A stretch of 64,000 nucleotides of DNA from Microcaecilia unicolor. Taxonomy: Eukaryota. Shown here piece after piece: positions 22,262-34,416 of the stretch; position 1 is the first letter of the stretch, and every line of letters begins with the position of its first letter. The DNA lies in assembly GCF_901765095.1 (NCBI RefSeq), contig NC_044037.1, forward strand, positions 104,359,279 through 104,423,278. Direction: 5' to 3'. Below the pieces are notes generated by a model. That model was not told where the DNA came from and did no database searches. It saw only the letters and a list, made by a program, of their open reading frames with translations. The position numbers and the translations under genes are program-made.

Positions 22262-22345
22262 TGCAGGGCCGGTGCTAGGATCTCTGGCGCCACCCTGCAA
22301 ACTATCAGTTGGCACCCCCCCCCCCCCCCCCCCCCCCCCCCGGTC
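22262..22345. repeat. Terminal fragment of the CAGGGCCGTGCC MITE family followed by a C27 homopolymer
   Basis: cagggccggtgctaggatctctggcgccaccctgcaaactatcagttggcaccccc matches the reverse complement of 28775-28832. Confidence 0.55.
22315..22341. repeat. C27 homopolymer, one of about 14 G/C runs of 13 nt or longer in the window
   Basis: Direct inspection. Other runs are at about 235-250, 1747-1759, 5105-5119, 12577-12590, 13990-14024, 14417-14433, 15473-15493, 25628-25640, 41760-41776, 50894-50912, 55428-55446, 60375-60398 and 63914-63930. Confidence 0.9.
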
Positions 22346-22489
22346 CAGTATCTCCTTTCACTCTTCTCCCTCCCTCTTTTCGCACCCGCCCCCTTTTCCA
22401 GCACAGTACCTTAAAAGGTGGAGAACAAGTTTGTTTTTTACTTGACAGATTTTTAATTTATTTGAAAGATTCCCATATAATATTTATAA

Positions 22490-22960
22490 CATGAAATAAA
22501 ATTGAATATCACTAAAACTGCTTAAAAATTATTGTAGCTGGTGGAAACAGCACTAATAAAGGCTGTATTTTGTGTTCATTTTTCTACACTGTTCTATACA
22601 ATACATAGCCAGATTTCAGTGAGGATATCCTGTTTACTGATGGGTTCATCTCAACTGTTGTAATCTGCTTTGGGAAGCCTGGTGTTATAAAGATTGGAAG
22701 TAAAATTAAACTCTCCTTTCATTGGAGCACATGGAATCACATCTTCCCCTCATCTCCTTTGTACAAATGGATTATTCTGGTTTGAGCCTGTTTCAGGGAC
22801 AACTGGTTTAAGTCAAAATAATAAAAATAAATATTTTCTTTCATGCAGATCTCTCATTTGCTTAAACATAACTAAATGGGCCATATAAGTTCCTAATGCA
22901 GTCCATTACTTTTCTTATATTTTGTCCTTGTGATGACTTATACTGTGCCAAAACCTGCCG
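22490..22960 (+). repeat. Unclassified interspersed repeat (family X)
   Basis: ORF 22694..22888 is ~85% identical to ORF 35791..35994 on the opposite strand, and the flanks also match 36967-37110 in reverse complement. Confidence 0.7.
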
Positions 22961-23486
22961 CCACCACCCCCCTCCCGCGTACTGCAACCCTCCCAAGAAG
23001 ACCCACCTTAATCCTTAAGGCCGCCCCGGTGGTGTAGTGGCCTCTGTGGCTGCAGGGGCAGGAAAAAATCCCACTCTTTCCTGCTCTCTGCCACTCCTCC
23101 GTCTCCGCTTTGCTCATCTGGGTTGTAGCGGCGCCGCCGGGTTTTCAAAATGGCTGCCAAGACTTTGGCAGCAGTCTTGCGAGTCTGTCGCCGGAAGCCT
23201 CAGCAGCCATTTTTAAATATACAGCGGAAGCGCTCACAGCACAGAAGAGCAAAAGGAGATGGAGGAGGCGGCAGAGGGCAGGAAAGAGTGGGATTCTTTC
23301 CTGCCCTCTCAGAGGCCACTACATCACCAGGGCGGCCTTCAAGGATCAAGTCACTGGGACAAGTACATAGGATCACTAAGAGAGTGAAAGGGAGAGTAGA
23401 TGGCATGGATGGGCATTTTTCTATGATTCTACGTTACAGAGTGAGGGTTGGTTGCTCCACTGTGATTAATATTAGGACACATTTAC

Positions 23487-23723
23487 CTTGACCACTTTCT
23501 TTTGGCTCAGCTGGGGTTTGCCGTCTGGTCCCAAGGGGTCCAGCACGACACAGTACTGACGACTGTTAAGTGTGGTGATGTCTACAATGCCCACTACTTC
23601 CTCATAGACATTGGGGATGTGGGCCTCTGTGTCCTGCATGGTGACCAGCCATTCCTCCCCGATCCTACGTAGTGGCCCCTTGTCCTCCCGAAATGTCTTT
23701 GTGGCCTGAAGGTGCAATGCTTT
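23487..23723 (-). CDS. MVP: MVP exon: [79 protein letters not shown]
   Basis: Aligns to human [79 protein letters not shown]. Acceptor ctctcgtgcAG, donor AAG|GTAAAT. Confidence 0.85.
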
Positions 23724-23812
23724 CTGCACGAGAGGGGAGAAAGGTGTAAGAACCAGCAATCTCAGAGTCAAAACCACTTATACAGGAAAAAAATATATAA
23801 AGACATACATAC

Positions 23813-23907
23813 TTTTTCGGTAAGGACGCAGGCATCAACTATGTTCACAACTTCTTCAAAGACCCCAGGGAGATATGCACCCACCTTCTTCACGAGCCAC
23901 TCCTCCC
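23813..23907 (-). CDS. MVP: MVP exon: (G)[31 protein letters not shown]
   Basis: Aligns to human [32 protein letters not shown]. Polypyrimidine tract plus tttgcAG acceptor, donor GAAAAA|GTATGT. The exact 5' boundary is within +/-3 nt. Confidence 0.75.
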
Positions 23908-26207
23908 CTGCAAATATCCAAGGAAGGGGTAAGAGGAAAAAAAAAAACGAATGACAGGGAGGAACAAAGAGACGTATACAGGGAGAGCACTGTAGAACTT
24001 GGGACATTTTATGACAAAAATCTTTCACCTGAAAGACAGAAGTTATCACTTAAAGCCCCAATATAATACAATGTGAGTTCAAATGCATCAGGCATGGAAA
24101 AATGCAAGTTAGACCCAAGTAAACACATGTGTTAAGCTTAGCATACAGTTCTACATTGGGAAGTGCTTTAAAAATTGTAGTAAAAAGTTTAAAACATTAC
24201 TAACATTTTAAAATTGAAAAAAAAATGAAGGCTCTTTAGTCCAGCCCAAGAGCCCCAACCCAGAGGGACTCATACCCCCTCACCTAACTACCCACTCAAC
24301 TACCACCACCTCCCCCCAATGCTATATTCATACTTACTAATAAAGGTAAAAGCATTCTCCCGTCCTTTTCATATGACAATCATTTTAAAAACATCATTGG
24401 AGTCTCCAACTTAACTGAGCTAGCACCGTTTTTAAAATGGCCACCACACAGGACCAGAAGAGGAGATAGTGGTGACTTTCACCTTTAACAGCAAATACAC
24501 GTTTTATACTTTCCTTTGTAATCCTTGTTCTTGGTTGTGTGCATTCCTTTGCATGAATGTCATGCTTTTCTTAGTGTGAATGTATTTTCTCCTTTGTTTT
24601 CTCTTCTGTGCAATTATATATCTTTTCTGTCAATAACTGGAGTTCCTCACCTTTTTCTTTCTGTTTTAGTTATGTACATCACTCTGCTCTGCCCAGGGCA
24701 GCTAGAGCAGTCTAGCAATCTAATAAAGCATTATATAAAGGGACCATCAGGGGAAAAGGGGGGGGCAGCAGGGAGCATGGATGGGTGGGTAGCAGATAAG
24801 TGGGGCTCAGGATAGAGTCAGTCAGTCATTCTCTGGTCCTTTCACTGGCTTGGAGGTTCCCAGACTTAGGGGTCCTGAACTTGGGAGAGCCCAAGTTTCA
24901 GGATCTTTTCATTTTTTCACCAAAATAAATGGAAAGTAAAAACTTTACTTCACATCTAGGGCTGGTGATAAAAATCAGTGCTAAGAGGTGAAATAAAAAT
25001 GTATTTTAAGTTTAGCACACTATTTCGCATAAGAAACAGTTTCACAAGCAGGTCTTTTCCTTGCATTTTCATGAGAAGTGCATCAAATCCAAAGCACTTT
25101 AGTATGTATTTTTACAGCACACTAAATTCCATATGGGAAGTATAATCAGTAAAAATGCACAAAAACACTGGAACACTATTACATCAGACTCAATGAACTA
25201 ATGAGCCCTCCTTATCTCCTAGGCTTAAATAGCATGAGGAGCAAACCCTAATCATGTTCTCTCCAGAGTGAGGGCCTGATGCACAGAACTTTGGCAATGG
25301 TACTTAGCCCTTCCCAGTGCATCTCATGATGCACTGGGCAGGGGCTGGGTGCCACCATTTTGACAAGGATGTAGGCCTTCCTCCTGCCTCCAACTCAAGG
25401 TATGTGGAGGGGGTCGAGGTGGGATTACACTAGACCACCAAAGCCAGTGCTCAATTAGGGGAGCGAGTCAATGGGCCAACTGAACCACTAGGGTATATTT
25501 GTTTTTGGAGAGGGGTGGGTTAGAGGTCCACTGTATATATATATTTTTGGAGGGGGGGGGGTAGAGGTTCACCAGACTACCAGGGATGCCTTCAAGCTTT
25601 TTCTTGTTTTTTTTTTTTTTTGGGGGGGGGGGGGGGGAGGTCAGGGGGTCCACCAGACCATTGGGGATTTTGTTAAGGTTGGGGGAGCTTGGGTTCAGGA
25701 GGGGCTTGGGGGTAAGAGACTGCATTGTACTGCCAACTTTCCTGTCAGTGCCCAAGCCAAATCATTGCTCAGGCACCGACAGGAAAAGTTAGCAAAATAC
25801 CCCAATGACATCTCCAGAGCTGTTGGTAGTTTTTAGCCACTAGGGCAATCATTTTCCATGCACTGCACAGAGTTGCTAATGAGCTTGTTTTAATAGGAGT
25901 GAGCTCATTAGCATGGGACTTTCGGTCACTGCTTCCTTGCATGGTAAAGCAGTGGCCAAAAGCCTCTGTATATTGGCCACACAATAACATTTCATTTAGA
26001 CTGGCTAAAACCAGTCTAAATGAAATGTTGCAAACCCAGTTTGCTTTGAGCATCGCCCCCTGAGTTCTGAGCTGAATTTCACAGGTAAAAGAGAAGTCAT
26101 GATTAAGCCCCAATTCTGACTAGGGTATGAGATGCTGACATTCCTTTTTCACAGCTCACTCATCCATTGTTCCCTTACTTTGGTCCCCACCCCAGGCCTC
26201 GGCTCAC

Positions 26208-26339
26208 CTGTCACCCGGTCATGTCCCTCCCGGTCCTTGCACTCTTTCCGGGCTCGCAGCCGGATGGCTTGGTTGTGGTGGATTACTGTAGCCTGAATGG
26301 TCTCTACCACTTCCACCTCCTTCCGGGGAATGTACGTAC
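26208..26339 (-). CDS. MVP: MVP exon: (G)[43 protein letters not shown](G)
   Basis: Aligns to human [45 protein letters not shown]. Acceptor ctctctccAG|GT, donor ACAG|GTGAGC. Phase is consistent with both flanking exons. Confidence 0.85.
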
Positions 26340-26481
26340 CTGGAGAGAGTCAGAAAAATCCTCAATAACCCAGCAGAGAGAGAAATCACTAAATAATCCT
26401 TCTATAAACAGCCCCAAAACTCAACTCCCATGTTATCAGGGCCAAACAAGGGTATTGGACATCCTAGACAAGTCTTCTGGT

Positions 26482-28832
26482 TTGCATTGCCTCCAATCAG
26501 GGCCGTGCCAATGCGGTAAGTGGGGTAAGCAAGGCAGGGGGGCGCCTGCCTTTGAGGGGCGCCGCTGCCCTGCCATCCCTGCCTTCCACTCGCTTGCAAA
26601 ATCTTTTACCTGAAGTTGTGATTCTCCTACCTCCCCTGCCCTCCTTTTCATGGCAAACTGGAAGTGAAAGCAACGCAACGCAACGCAGCAGTATTCACTG
26701 AGGCAGGCAGGCTCTTCAAGTTATTTGAGAGAATGCAACCAGATTGCTATATATGTCTTTGGTTTGGGGATAACTCCTCACTCAGGGTGAACTTCAGAGC
26801 TTGAACAGCATTCATATTAAAGAGACTGGGAGAATGGGCGTGCAAGTGGCAGATGAAGTTCAATGTTGACAAGTGCAAAGTGATGCATGTGGGTAAGAGG
26901 AACCCGAATTATAGCTAGGTCTTGCAAGGTTCCGCGTTAGGAGTTACGGATCAAGAAAGGGATCTGGGTGTCGTCGTCGATGATACGCTGAAACCTTCTG
27001 CTCAGTGTGCTGCTGCGGCTAGGAAAGCGAATAGAATGTTGGGTGTTATTAAGAAGGGTATGGAGTCCAGGTGTGCGGATGTTATAATGCCGTTGTATCG
27101 CTCCATGGTGCGACCGCACCTGGAGTATTGTGTTCAGTACTGGTCTCCGTATCTCAAAAAAGATATAGTAGAATTGGAAAAGGTACAGCGAAGGGCGACG
27201 AAAATGATAGTGGGGATGGGACGACTTTCCTATGAAGAGAGGCTGAGAAGGCTAGGGCTTTTCAGCTTGGAGAAGAGACGGCTGAGGGGAGATATGATAG
27301 AAGTGTATAAAATAATGAGTGGAATGGATCGGGTGGATGTGAAGCGACTGTTCACGCTATCCAAAAATACTAGGACTAGAGGGCATGAGTTGAAGCTACA
27401 GTGTGGTAAATTTAAAACGAATCGGAGAAAATTTTTCTTCACCCAACGTGTAATTAGACTCTGGAATTCATTGCCGGAGAACGTGGTACGGGCGGTTAGC
27501 TTGACGGAGTTTAAAAAGGGGTTAGATAGATTCCTAAAGGACAAGTCCATAGACCGCTATTAAATGGACTGGAAAAATTCCTCATTTTTAGGTATAACTT
27601 GACTGGAATGTTTTTACGTTTGGGGAGCGTGCCAGGTGCCCTTGACCTGGATTGGCCACTGTCGGTGACAGGATGCTGGGCTAGATGGACCTTTGGTCTT
27701 TCCCAGTATGGCACTACTTATGTACTTATGTACTTATGTAAATTTTAAAAGTGCTAAAAATACGTTTTTTAAGTATTTGCATTAAATCTAATTGCAGAAT
27801 TCAGGTGCTGGGAGTCTGTACTTGGTTGTCATATGCTCAGATTTGTTTAAATCATATGCAAATTACTCTGTTTTTGGGAGGTTCACATTTGCATATTTAT
27901 GGATCAAAAATGATGGGAATGTTTACAGCCTTAATGTTAGGTCATGGCTCTGATCAAAAGTGTGAAGTTTGATCCAAAAACGAAGGGTTTATCTAGTGTT
28001 TTTCACTAAGAATTCCCATGAGTGTCTGTATGTTAATCTGCATTCAAATAGAGCTCTCTGATTGGATGATCAGCTTCTGTTAGAAATCTGCCGGGAATGG
28101 AACAGAGTGAGACAGCAACTGATCGTCGGTTTGGTCAAGAGAGACATGCAGCTGTGAGTTCCTGTTTGTGTTGACTGAAATTATAAGAGTGCCTGATTAT
28201 GTGGTAAATGAGAAAATATGAGTGAAAAGAGGTTGGTGGAGTTTGAGGTTTCGCTAGTGAGAAAAGGATCTGAATATTTCAGGATTACTTGAAGTTTATG
28301 AAGAATAGAAAAGGGTGAATTTCAGTTTAAGAGTGTTTAAATCCTATAAGCTATATAAAGGCTAGGTAGATTTAAGTGACTGTAAGCAAGGAAACCTTAA
28401 TATTTGATCTGAAATAAATATTTGATCTGAGATAGTTGATCAGAGATAAATGTTTGATCTGAATTATATCCTTTGGTGCAAAGGAGATTAGAAAAAGAAT
28501 CTTTGGAAACTAAGAGGATTTTGCCCACATTTTGAATTAGCATTCCTATTTTGAGTTGGAAATCTTTGGAAACTAAGAGGACTTTGCCCACATTTTGAAT
28601 TAGCATTCCTATTTTGAGTTGGAAATCTTTGAAGTGTTATGAAAATACATTTTGCTTTAATGACATTGCTAAACTTTAGAGTCAGAGACTTATCAATGAG
28701 GGATACCTACAGTGCTATTTTTTCCTGAGGTCTGGCTTACTTGCCTGCTCCCTTCTGTTCCTGCTCTGCTAGGCGGAGAGGGGGCGCCAACTGATAGTCT
28801 GCAGGGGGGCACCAGAGACCCTAGGCACGGCC
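26482..28832. mobile_element. Non-autonomous DNA-transposon-like element with CAGGGCCGTGCC termini, carrying a nested CR1 fragment and internal 62-bp tandem repeats
   Basis: The 5' end is cagggccgtgccaatgcggtaagtggggtaagca and the 3' end ...ggcacggccctg is its inverted complement. The internal CR1 copy is at 26820-27735. Tandem repeats lie at 28395-28625. Confidence 0.55.
26820..27735 (+). mobile_element. 5'-truncated copy of the same CR1-like LINE (RT C-terminus plus 3' UTR and (tacttatg)n tail)
   Basis: Near-identical to 9830-10740. ORF 26922..27563 repeats the C-terminal RT sequence. Confidence 0.85.
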
Positions 28833-30303
28833 CTGCCTCCAATTAACCTTTAATCTTCTGGTCACTCCCACCCCAGCAATCATGATCACCCCAACACTAC
28901 CCCTCCCAGAATAATTAGGGTAAACGGGCTATTTGAAATTTTTCCATCCTCCTTACTGGTAGAAGTACCTCCTGTTTCTTTGAGTTTGTATGGCTGTCAG
29001 AGCCTATTAATTAAATGATTACAGGCTGGTGCTTCAAGGTCCAGCACGAGTCCACCTATCACAGCATTATGCCAGCATTGCGGAACAGTCTTCCTGTGGA
29101 ACTCTAGGTAGAACTGTCATTTAGTAGTCTGTCTGACTCACACTCTATGTTGCTGTTAACATTCACTTTTATCGCTGGCATTAAGATTCTTCTTCCTTAT
29201 TGGTTTTGCATTCAAGGAAGGTTACAACCCTAAACAAGGCTCATTGCCGAAACGCAGCCCGTGTTGGGTCTGGACTGTTCATGTTTTTTTTTTTTTTATT
29301 GGCGTATAAAACTTTTTTTATTTGGAAGATATTAGACTTCTAGAGTTCTTGGAAATTTTTTATTTTCTTTCACCCTGTGCTTGTCTATTTAAAAAATGAA
29401 TCACTGCCCTAAAAACACTTTTGTTCAAAAAAGAAACTTGGTGAGGGCATGGGATAGCACATCTTCAGAGCAAATCTGTTTTCTGACTTGTTTGATGATT
29501 TTGATGATGTTTTGGGGTTTTAGATCTTGTTGTTAATTTTATTATTATATTCTATAATATATGTTTTGTTAAAATATGGGACATGCTGGACATGTACCAT
29601 AGATCAGGCTAAACTGCAGCCTGCATAAGTTGTGTGTTGAGCTAGGCCTCACTAAAGGTCAAACGTACAGTCATTAAGAAGCTAGTTAATAGCGTGACAG
29701 CTGTTCTCCTAAAAGCTTGCAACAGAAACTGGTAGGGGAATTTTGGGGTAGCTGAGCAAGTGATAAGGAATAAAGCAGAACAAGGTTACTGGAAAATTTT
29801 ATGTCACAAGTGAGAATGGCCTTAATGGTAATTATAATTGTAAAATATATGATTAAGTAACTTTCGGTAAATAAGTGCTGATACTGCACAAGACATATGA
29901 GACATCTGTATCTTTGACGAAATAGCATGTGACTAAAAGGGTATAAAACTGACAGTCGGAATCATTAGTAGTTAGAGAAGTAATAACCGTGGAAATGCTC
30001 TTTGCGGCCTGGTTTTATCCTCTCACATGAGAATCGCTTATGAATTATTTTTGATTTATACTGCTTTGCTGTACCAACTAAACTGAAATATCGTATATCT
30101 GTGTACCCTTAATTGGTAAGTTTAATAAAATGCTTATTCTCATATTACTAAAGCCTTCTGTGTCTGACTCTCCTTCTTTAGTAATTATAAGTCATTCTAT
30201 TAGCTGTAGTGGTGGACACTGCAGCATCTGTGATATGTTACCTGAAGGAGGGCAGACAGTTCTGGAGTACTTTCAGTTTCTTTGTATAATTGTTTCTGTC
30301 CTG

Positions 30304-30486
30304 TTTTTTTATTTTATTTTTTGTTACATTTGTACCCCGCGCTTTCCCACTCATGGCAGGCTCAATGCGGCTTACATGGGGCAATGGAGGGTTAAGTGAC
30401 TTGTCCAGAGTCACAAGGAGGTGCCTGTGCCTGAAGTGGGAATCGAACTCAGTTCCTCAGGACCAAAGTCCACCACCCTAACCCTA
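30304..30486 (-). mobile_element. SINE copy (same family, head slightly truncated)
   Basis: Roughly 90% identical to 13159-13354. Confidence 0.8.
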
Positions 30487-31027
30487 TCTAGTATTTGGCT
30501 TTCTTTTCCTTTTAGCATGTACACCACTTTGGCCTGTTCTTCAGAAAAAAGCAGTATAGCAAGTTTTATAGTTGGCATCTACACACACACACTCCTGCCA
30601 CCCCCAAATTTGCAGTTCTAAGCAGCTGCCTAGTCTTGCCCAATGAATGGGCCAGCCCTGCATGCTGTGCAACTGGTCTTTGGAAGGATGCCATATAGAA
30701 AGGCAAGCTTGCACTGCCACTTTCCATGCTGTACCATCTCTATGGTAAAAGATACACAGAACAAACCTCAAAATATAGCTTAAAAGTGACTGCAAAGTAA
30801 AAATCAAAACATGCAGACAAAAATTCCTGGAAGACTCCATTAAGCTAGACACTGTACGCAATACCACACTGGAAAAATAAAAACAGAAAATTCTAAAAAT
30901 ATTAGAATTTGACATTTCTCAAAGCCGATTAAAAAAAAAACTTCCCACGCATGGACTACGAAAAACTCTGAATTATCCTCGGTAAACAGGAAATGCAACA
31001 GCAAAATACGAGTCCTGTTTACTAAGA

Positions 31028-31160
31028 CATGTTAGCGTTTTTAAAACGCCTACAATTAGCACTCGCGCTGTGAAGGCGCCTATAGGGATATTGTAGGCAC
31101 ATACATGGTTAACGCGTGTACATGGTTTACACGCATTAAAAACGCTAAGCATTGCTGAAT
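31028..31160. repeat. Small palindromic element (gttagcgtttttaa ... ttaaaaacgctaa). A paralog lies at 60095-60170
   Basis: The shared motif tacacgcattaaaaacgctaa and its complement ttagcgttt(t)taa occur at both loci. Confidence 0.5.
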
Positions 31161-31407
31161 CCATAACAACCCACCTTGAAATAATCTCAATCAGAATCCA
31201 CCACAATACCCTGCTCGACCACCTAAATTGTGTCTTGTTTTACAGACCTCCATGCAACTGGAATGAAAGCCAAGCAGACTCCATGGAACACATGTGTATC
31301 CAACTCCAATATACTACTAATAGGAAACATTAACCTTCACCTAGAAGACCCAAACTCTACAAACGCAAGAGACTGTAAGGATTTCCTTCACTTGTGCAAT
31401 CTAACTT

Positions 31408-31788
31408 ATGCAAACAACACACACGAAAGGCCAAACACTAGACCTCATCTTATACAAACTATCCACTGACCAGAACCTAACCATAACACAAATCAGATGG
31501 ACAGAAATACCATTGACCGACCACTATAAATTAAACCTATCCCTAAAATGGCGGAAAAAAGGCTCTCTCCACACAAGACAACACACAACCCACATCACGA
31601 GAGGCCAAATAAACCCGGATACTTTCTGGCAACAGATATACAATAACGACTGGACAACACAAACGGACTCCATCCACTATCTCTCAGTTTGGGACAAAAG
31701 ATGCAGACACATACTAGACACAATAGCACCCCTACAAACAAGAACCCACGCAGACACAACTCGATACCGTGGTTCAACGAAGAATTGA
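31408..31788 (+). pseudogene. Degenerate LINE endonuclease C-terminal segment
   Basis: PTHxxGxTLDLI and SDH-like motifs. Confidence 0.55.
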
Positions 31789-32446
31789 AAAAATCAAAAA
31801 CACAATCAAGGAGACTAGAACGCGCATGGAAAAAAAAAATAAAAGACGAACACACACTCAATGCATGGAAATAGGTACAAAGGACATACAAATATGCAAT
31901 AAGACAGACCCAAAGGTCATATTACAAAACCAAAATTGGGCCGGACTACAACAACACGAAGAAACTATACCATCTCGTGAACAAATTACTAGACACAACA
32001 CCGGTCACCACAACCAACATCGACATCCCATGTGTAGACAACCTTGCTAAATATTTCAACGAAAAAATTATTAATCTACGCCAAACCCTACCTCTGGACA
32101 ACACGGATATAAAAACTTCATAAATGGGCTGGACCCCACCCCTGGTGATTACCCGGCGGACCGATTATGGACAAACTTCATTCTCATCTGCGCCGACATA
32201 GTTACTCAGGCGATTAAAAAATACTCCAAAAGCCACTGTCAATTGGACATCTGCCCCAGCTACCTAATACAATCTGCCCCCCACCGCTTCATAAATCCCA
32301 TCTAAATTTCATGCTTCAGCGGGGTATTTTCCCTAAAGAAAAAGGCAACATCCTGCTCACCCCAATACCAAAAGACACCAAGAAAAAAAACAAATGACAT
32401 CACCAACTACCGCCCAGTAGCATCTATCCCATTAGTAGTCAAACTT

Positions 32447-32824
32447 ATGGAAGGATTGGTGACCAAACAACTCAACGATTACATAAACAAATTCACTACA
32501 CTACATGAATCACAATCAGGATTCCGACTCCAACATAGCACCGAAACAGTACTACTCACTCTCCTATCCAAATTCAAGCAGGAGATAGCAATAGGCAAAA
32601 GCATTCTCCTCCTTCAATTTGACATATCCAGTGCGTTCGACATGGTTAACCATAACATATTGCTAAGACTCCTAGACTATTTCGGAATTGGTGGTAACAC
32701 TCTCAACTGGATTAAGGGCTTTCTAACCACCAGAACATACCAAGTGAAATCAAGCACCAACATATCGTCACCCTGGAAACCAGACTGTGGAGTACCACAA
32801 GGATCACCACTATCAAGCTCATGA
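32447..32824 (+). pseudogene. Degenerate LINE RT segment
   Basis: Shows SQSGFRLQHSTETVLL, FDISSAFDMVNH and GVPQGSPLS. Confidence 0.65.
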
Positions 32825-33252
32825 TGGTCCCACTAGCCAAAGCCTCATCCACATAAGGCCTTAATCCATTCACTTACGCTGATGACGTAACACTATACAT
32901 TCCCTACAAGCATGATTTAGCAGAAATCACCAATAAAATCAAGCTCAGCTTAAACATCATAAACTCATGGGCAAATGCATTCCAACTAAAACTCAACACA
33001 GAAAAAACACACTGTCTCATCATCACATCCCAACACAACACAACACATACAAACCCACAAACATTAACACCCCAGGATACACCCTCCCTATTTCAGACAG
33101 CCTGAAAATTCTCGGAGTAACAATCTACCGAAACCTCCAACTAGAGTCCCAAGCTAAACTCACCATAAAGAAAATGTTCCTCTCAATGTGGAAATTAAAA
33201 CGTGTGAAAACCATTCTTCCCGAGGGAAATATTTCGCAACCTGGTACAGTCA

Positions 33253-33738
33253 ATGGTACTAAGCCACGCAGACTATTGTAACGGAATCTATGCGGGATGC
33301 AAAGAACAAATAATAAAGAAACTTCAAACCACCCAAAACACAGCAGCACAGCTTATATTTGGAAAAACGCGTTATGACAATGCCAAACCACTCCGAGAAA
33401 AACTGCACTGGCTTCCAATTAAGGAACGCATCGCATTCAAAATCTGCATGACAGTTCACAAAATCATCTATGGCGAGGCACCGGGATACATGACAGACCT
33501 CATCAACCTAACACTCAGAAACACCATAAAATCAGTACGATCATACCTAAACCTCCACTACCCAAACAGCAAAGGACTCAAATACAAATCAACCTATGCA
33601 TCCAGCTTTTCCTACCTGAGCGCACAATTGTGGAACGCACTATCAAAAGCAGTAAAAACCACAGTCGACCACATGAATTTCCGGAAAGCACTAAAAACAG
33701 AACTGTTCAGAAGGGCATACCCCACCAACTCAACATAA
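33253..33738 (+). pseudogene. Degenerate LINE ORF2 C-terminal segment
   Basis: It is an L2-type C-terminus. Confidence 0.6.
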
Positions 33739-34292
33739 AACCTGGACAACTGCGACACAACGTAACCAAAGATCGTAACAGACATATCCTAACTCTTCCT
33801 TTCCCTCACTAAGTTCTCCCCAATTGTCTTTTACCATACATGTATCTCACTCTACCATAATATCACCTTGATATTACTCGCAATCTTGTATTTGTTCACA
33901 CTGGAATCGGTTAACACCGATTACAGTACTATGTAAGCCACATTGAGCCTGCAAAGAGGTGGGAAAATGTGGGATACAAATGCAACAAATAATAATAATA
34001 AATAATAATAAACAGAGCCCTATATGTTTTATGTGTTTCTGGTCTAATCATAGGAATGTGACTGATGACAGTACTGATCATTATCAGAATCATGGAACTT
34101 TTCTTATTGTCTTTTCTGTGCTCTGTAATTTTATTTACTGTTACTAACAACATAATATTTTATCACTTCATTTCTTTAAGAACTTTATATTTTCTTTAGT
34201 ACCACATGTACAAACTGCCATTCCACTAAAGTTTCCCGACTCAGTGCATGCAGGGAAGGAGCTCAGAAAGAAAGGCATTAAATGTGACTCAC

Positions 34293-34416
34293 CAGGACCC
34301 TCAAAGAGCCACTCATCTCCTGCTACAAATTTGTCCCCAGCATCATCCTCAAAATCAAGCAGCGCCTTCAGATGTAGTGCAGTGTTTGCAATGACAATCT
34401 TCAAGGGCGTGATGCC
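34293..34416 (-). CDS. MVP: MVP exon: [41 protein letters not shown](G)
   Basis: Aligns to human [41 protein letters not shown]. Acceptor ttttttttcttcacacAG, donor CCTG|GTGAGT. Confidence 0.85.

Larger units (their letters stand above)
31200..34015 (+). mobile_element. L2-clade LINE, 5'-truncated and degenerate, with a complete 3' end and (ATAA)n tail
   Basis: An EN C-terminus (THTKGQTLDLIL...TDHYKL), RT motifs (FDISSAFDMVNHNILL, CGVPQGSPLS) and a typical L2 C-terminal region (LSHADYCNGIYAG...TAAQLIFGK...LHWLPIKERI) sit in three frames. The tail is ...gtaagccacattgagcctgcaaagaggtgggaaaatgtgggatacaaatgcaacaa(ataa)n. Confidence 0.75.
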
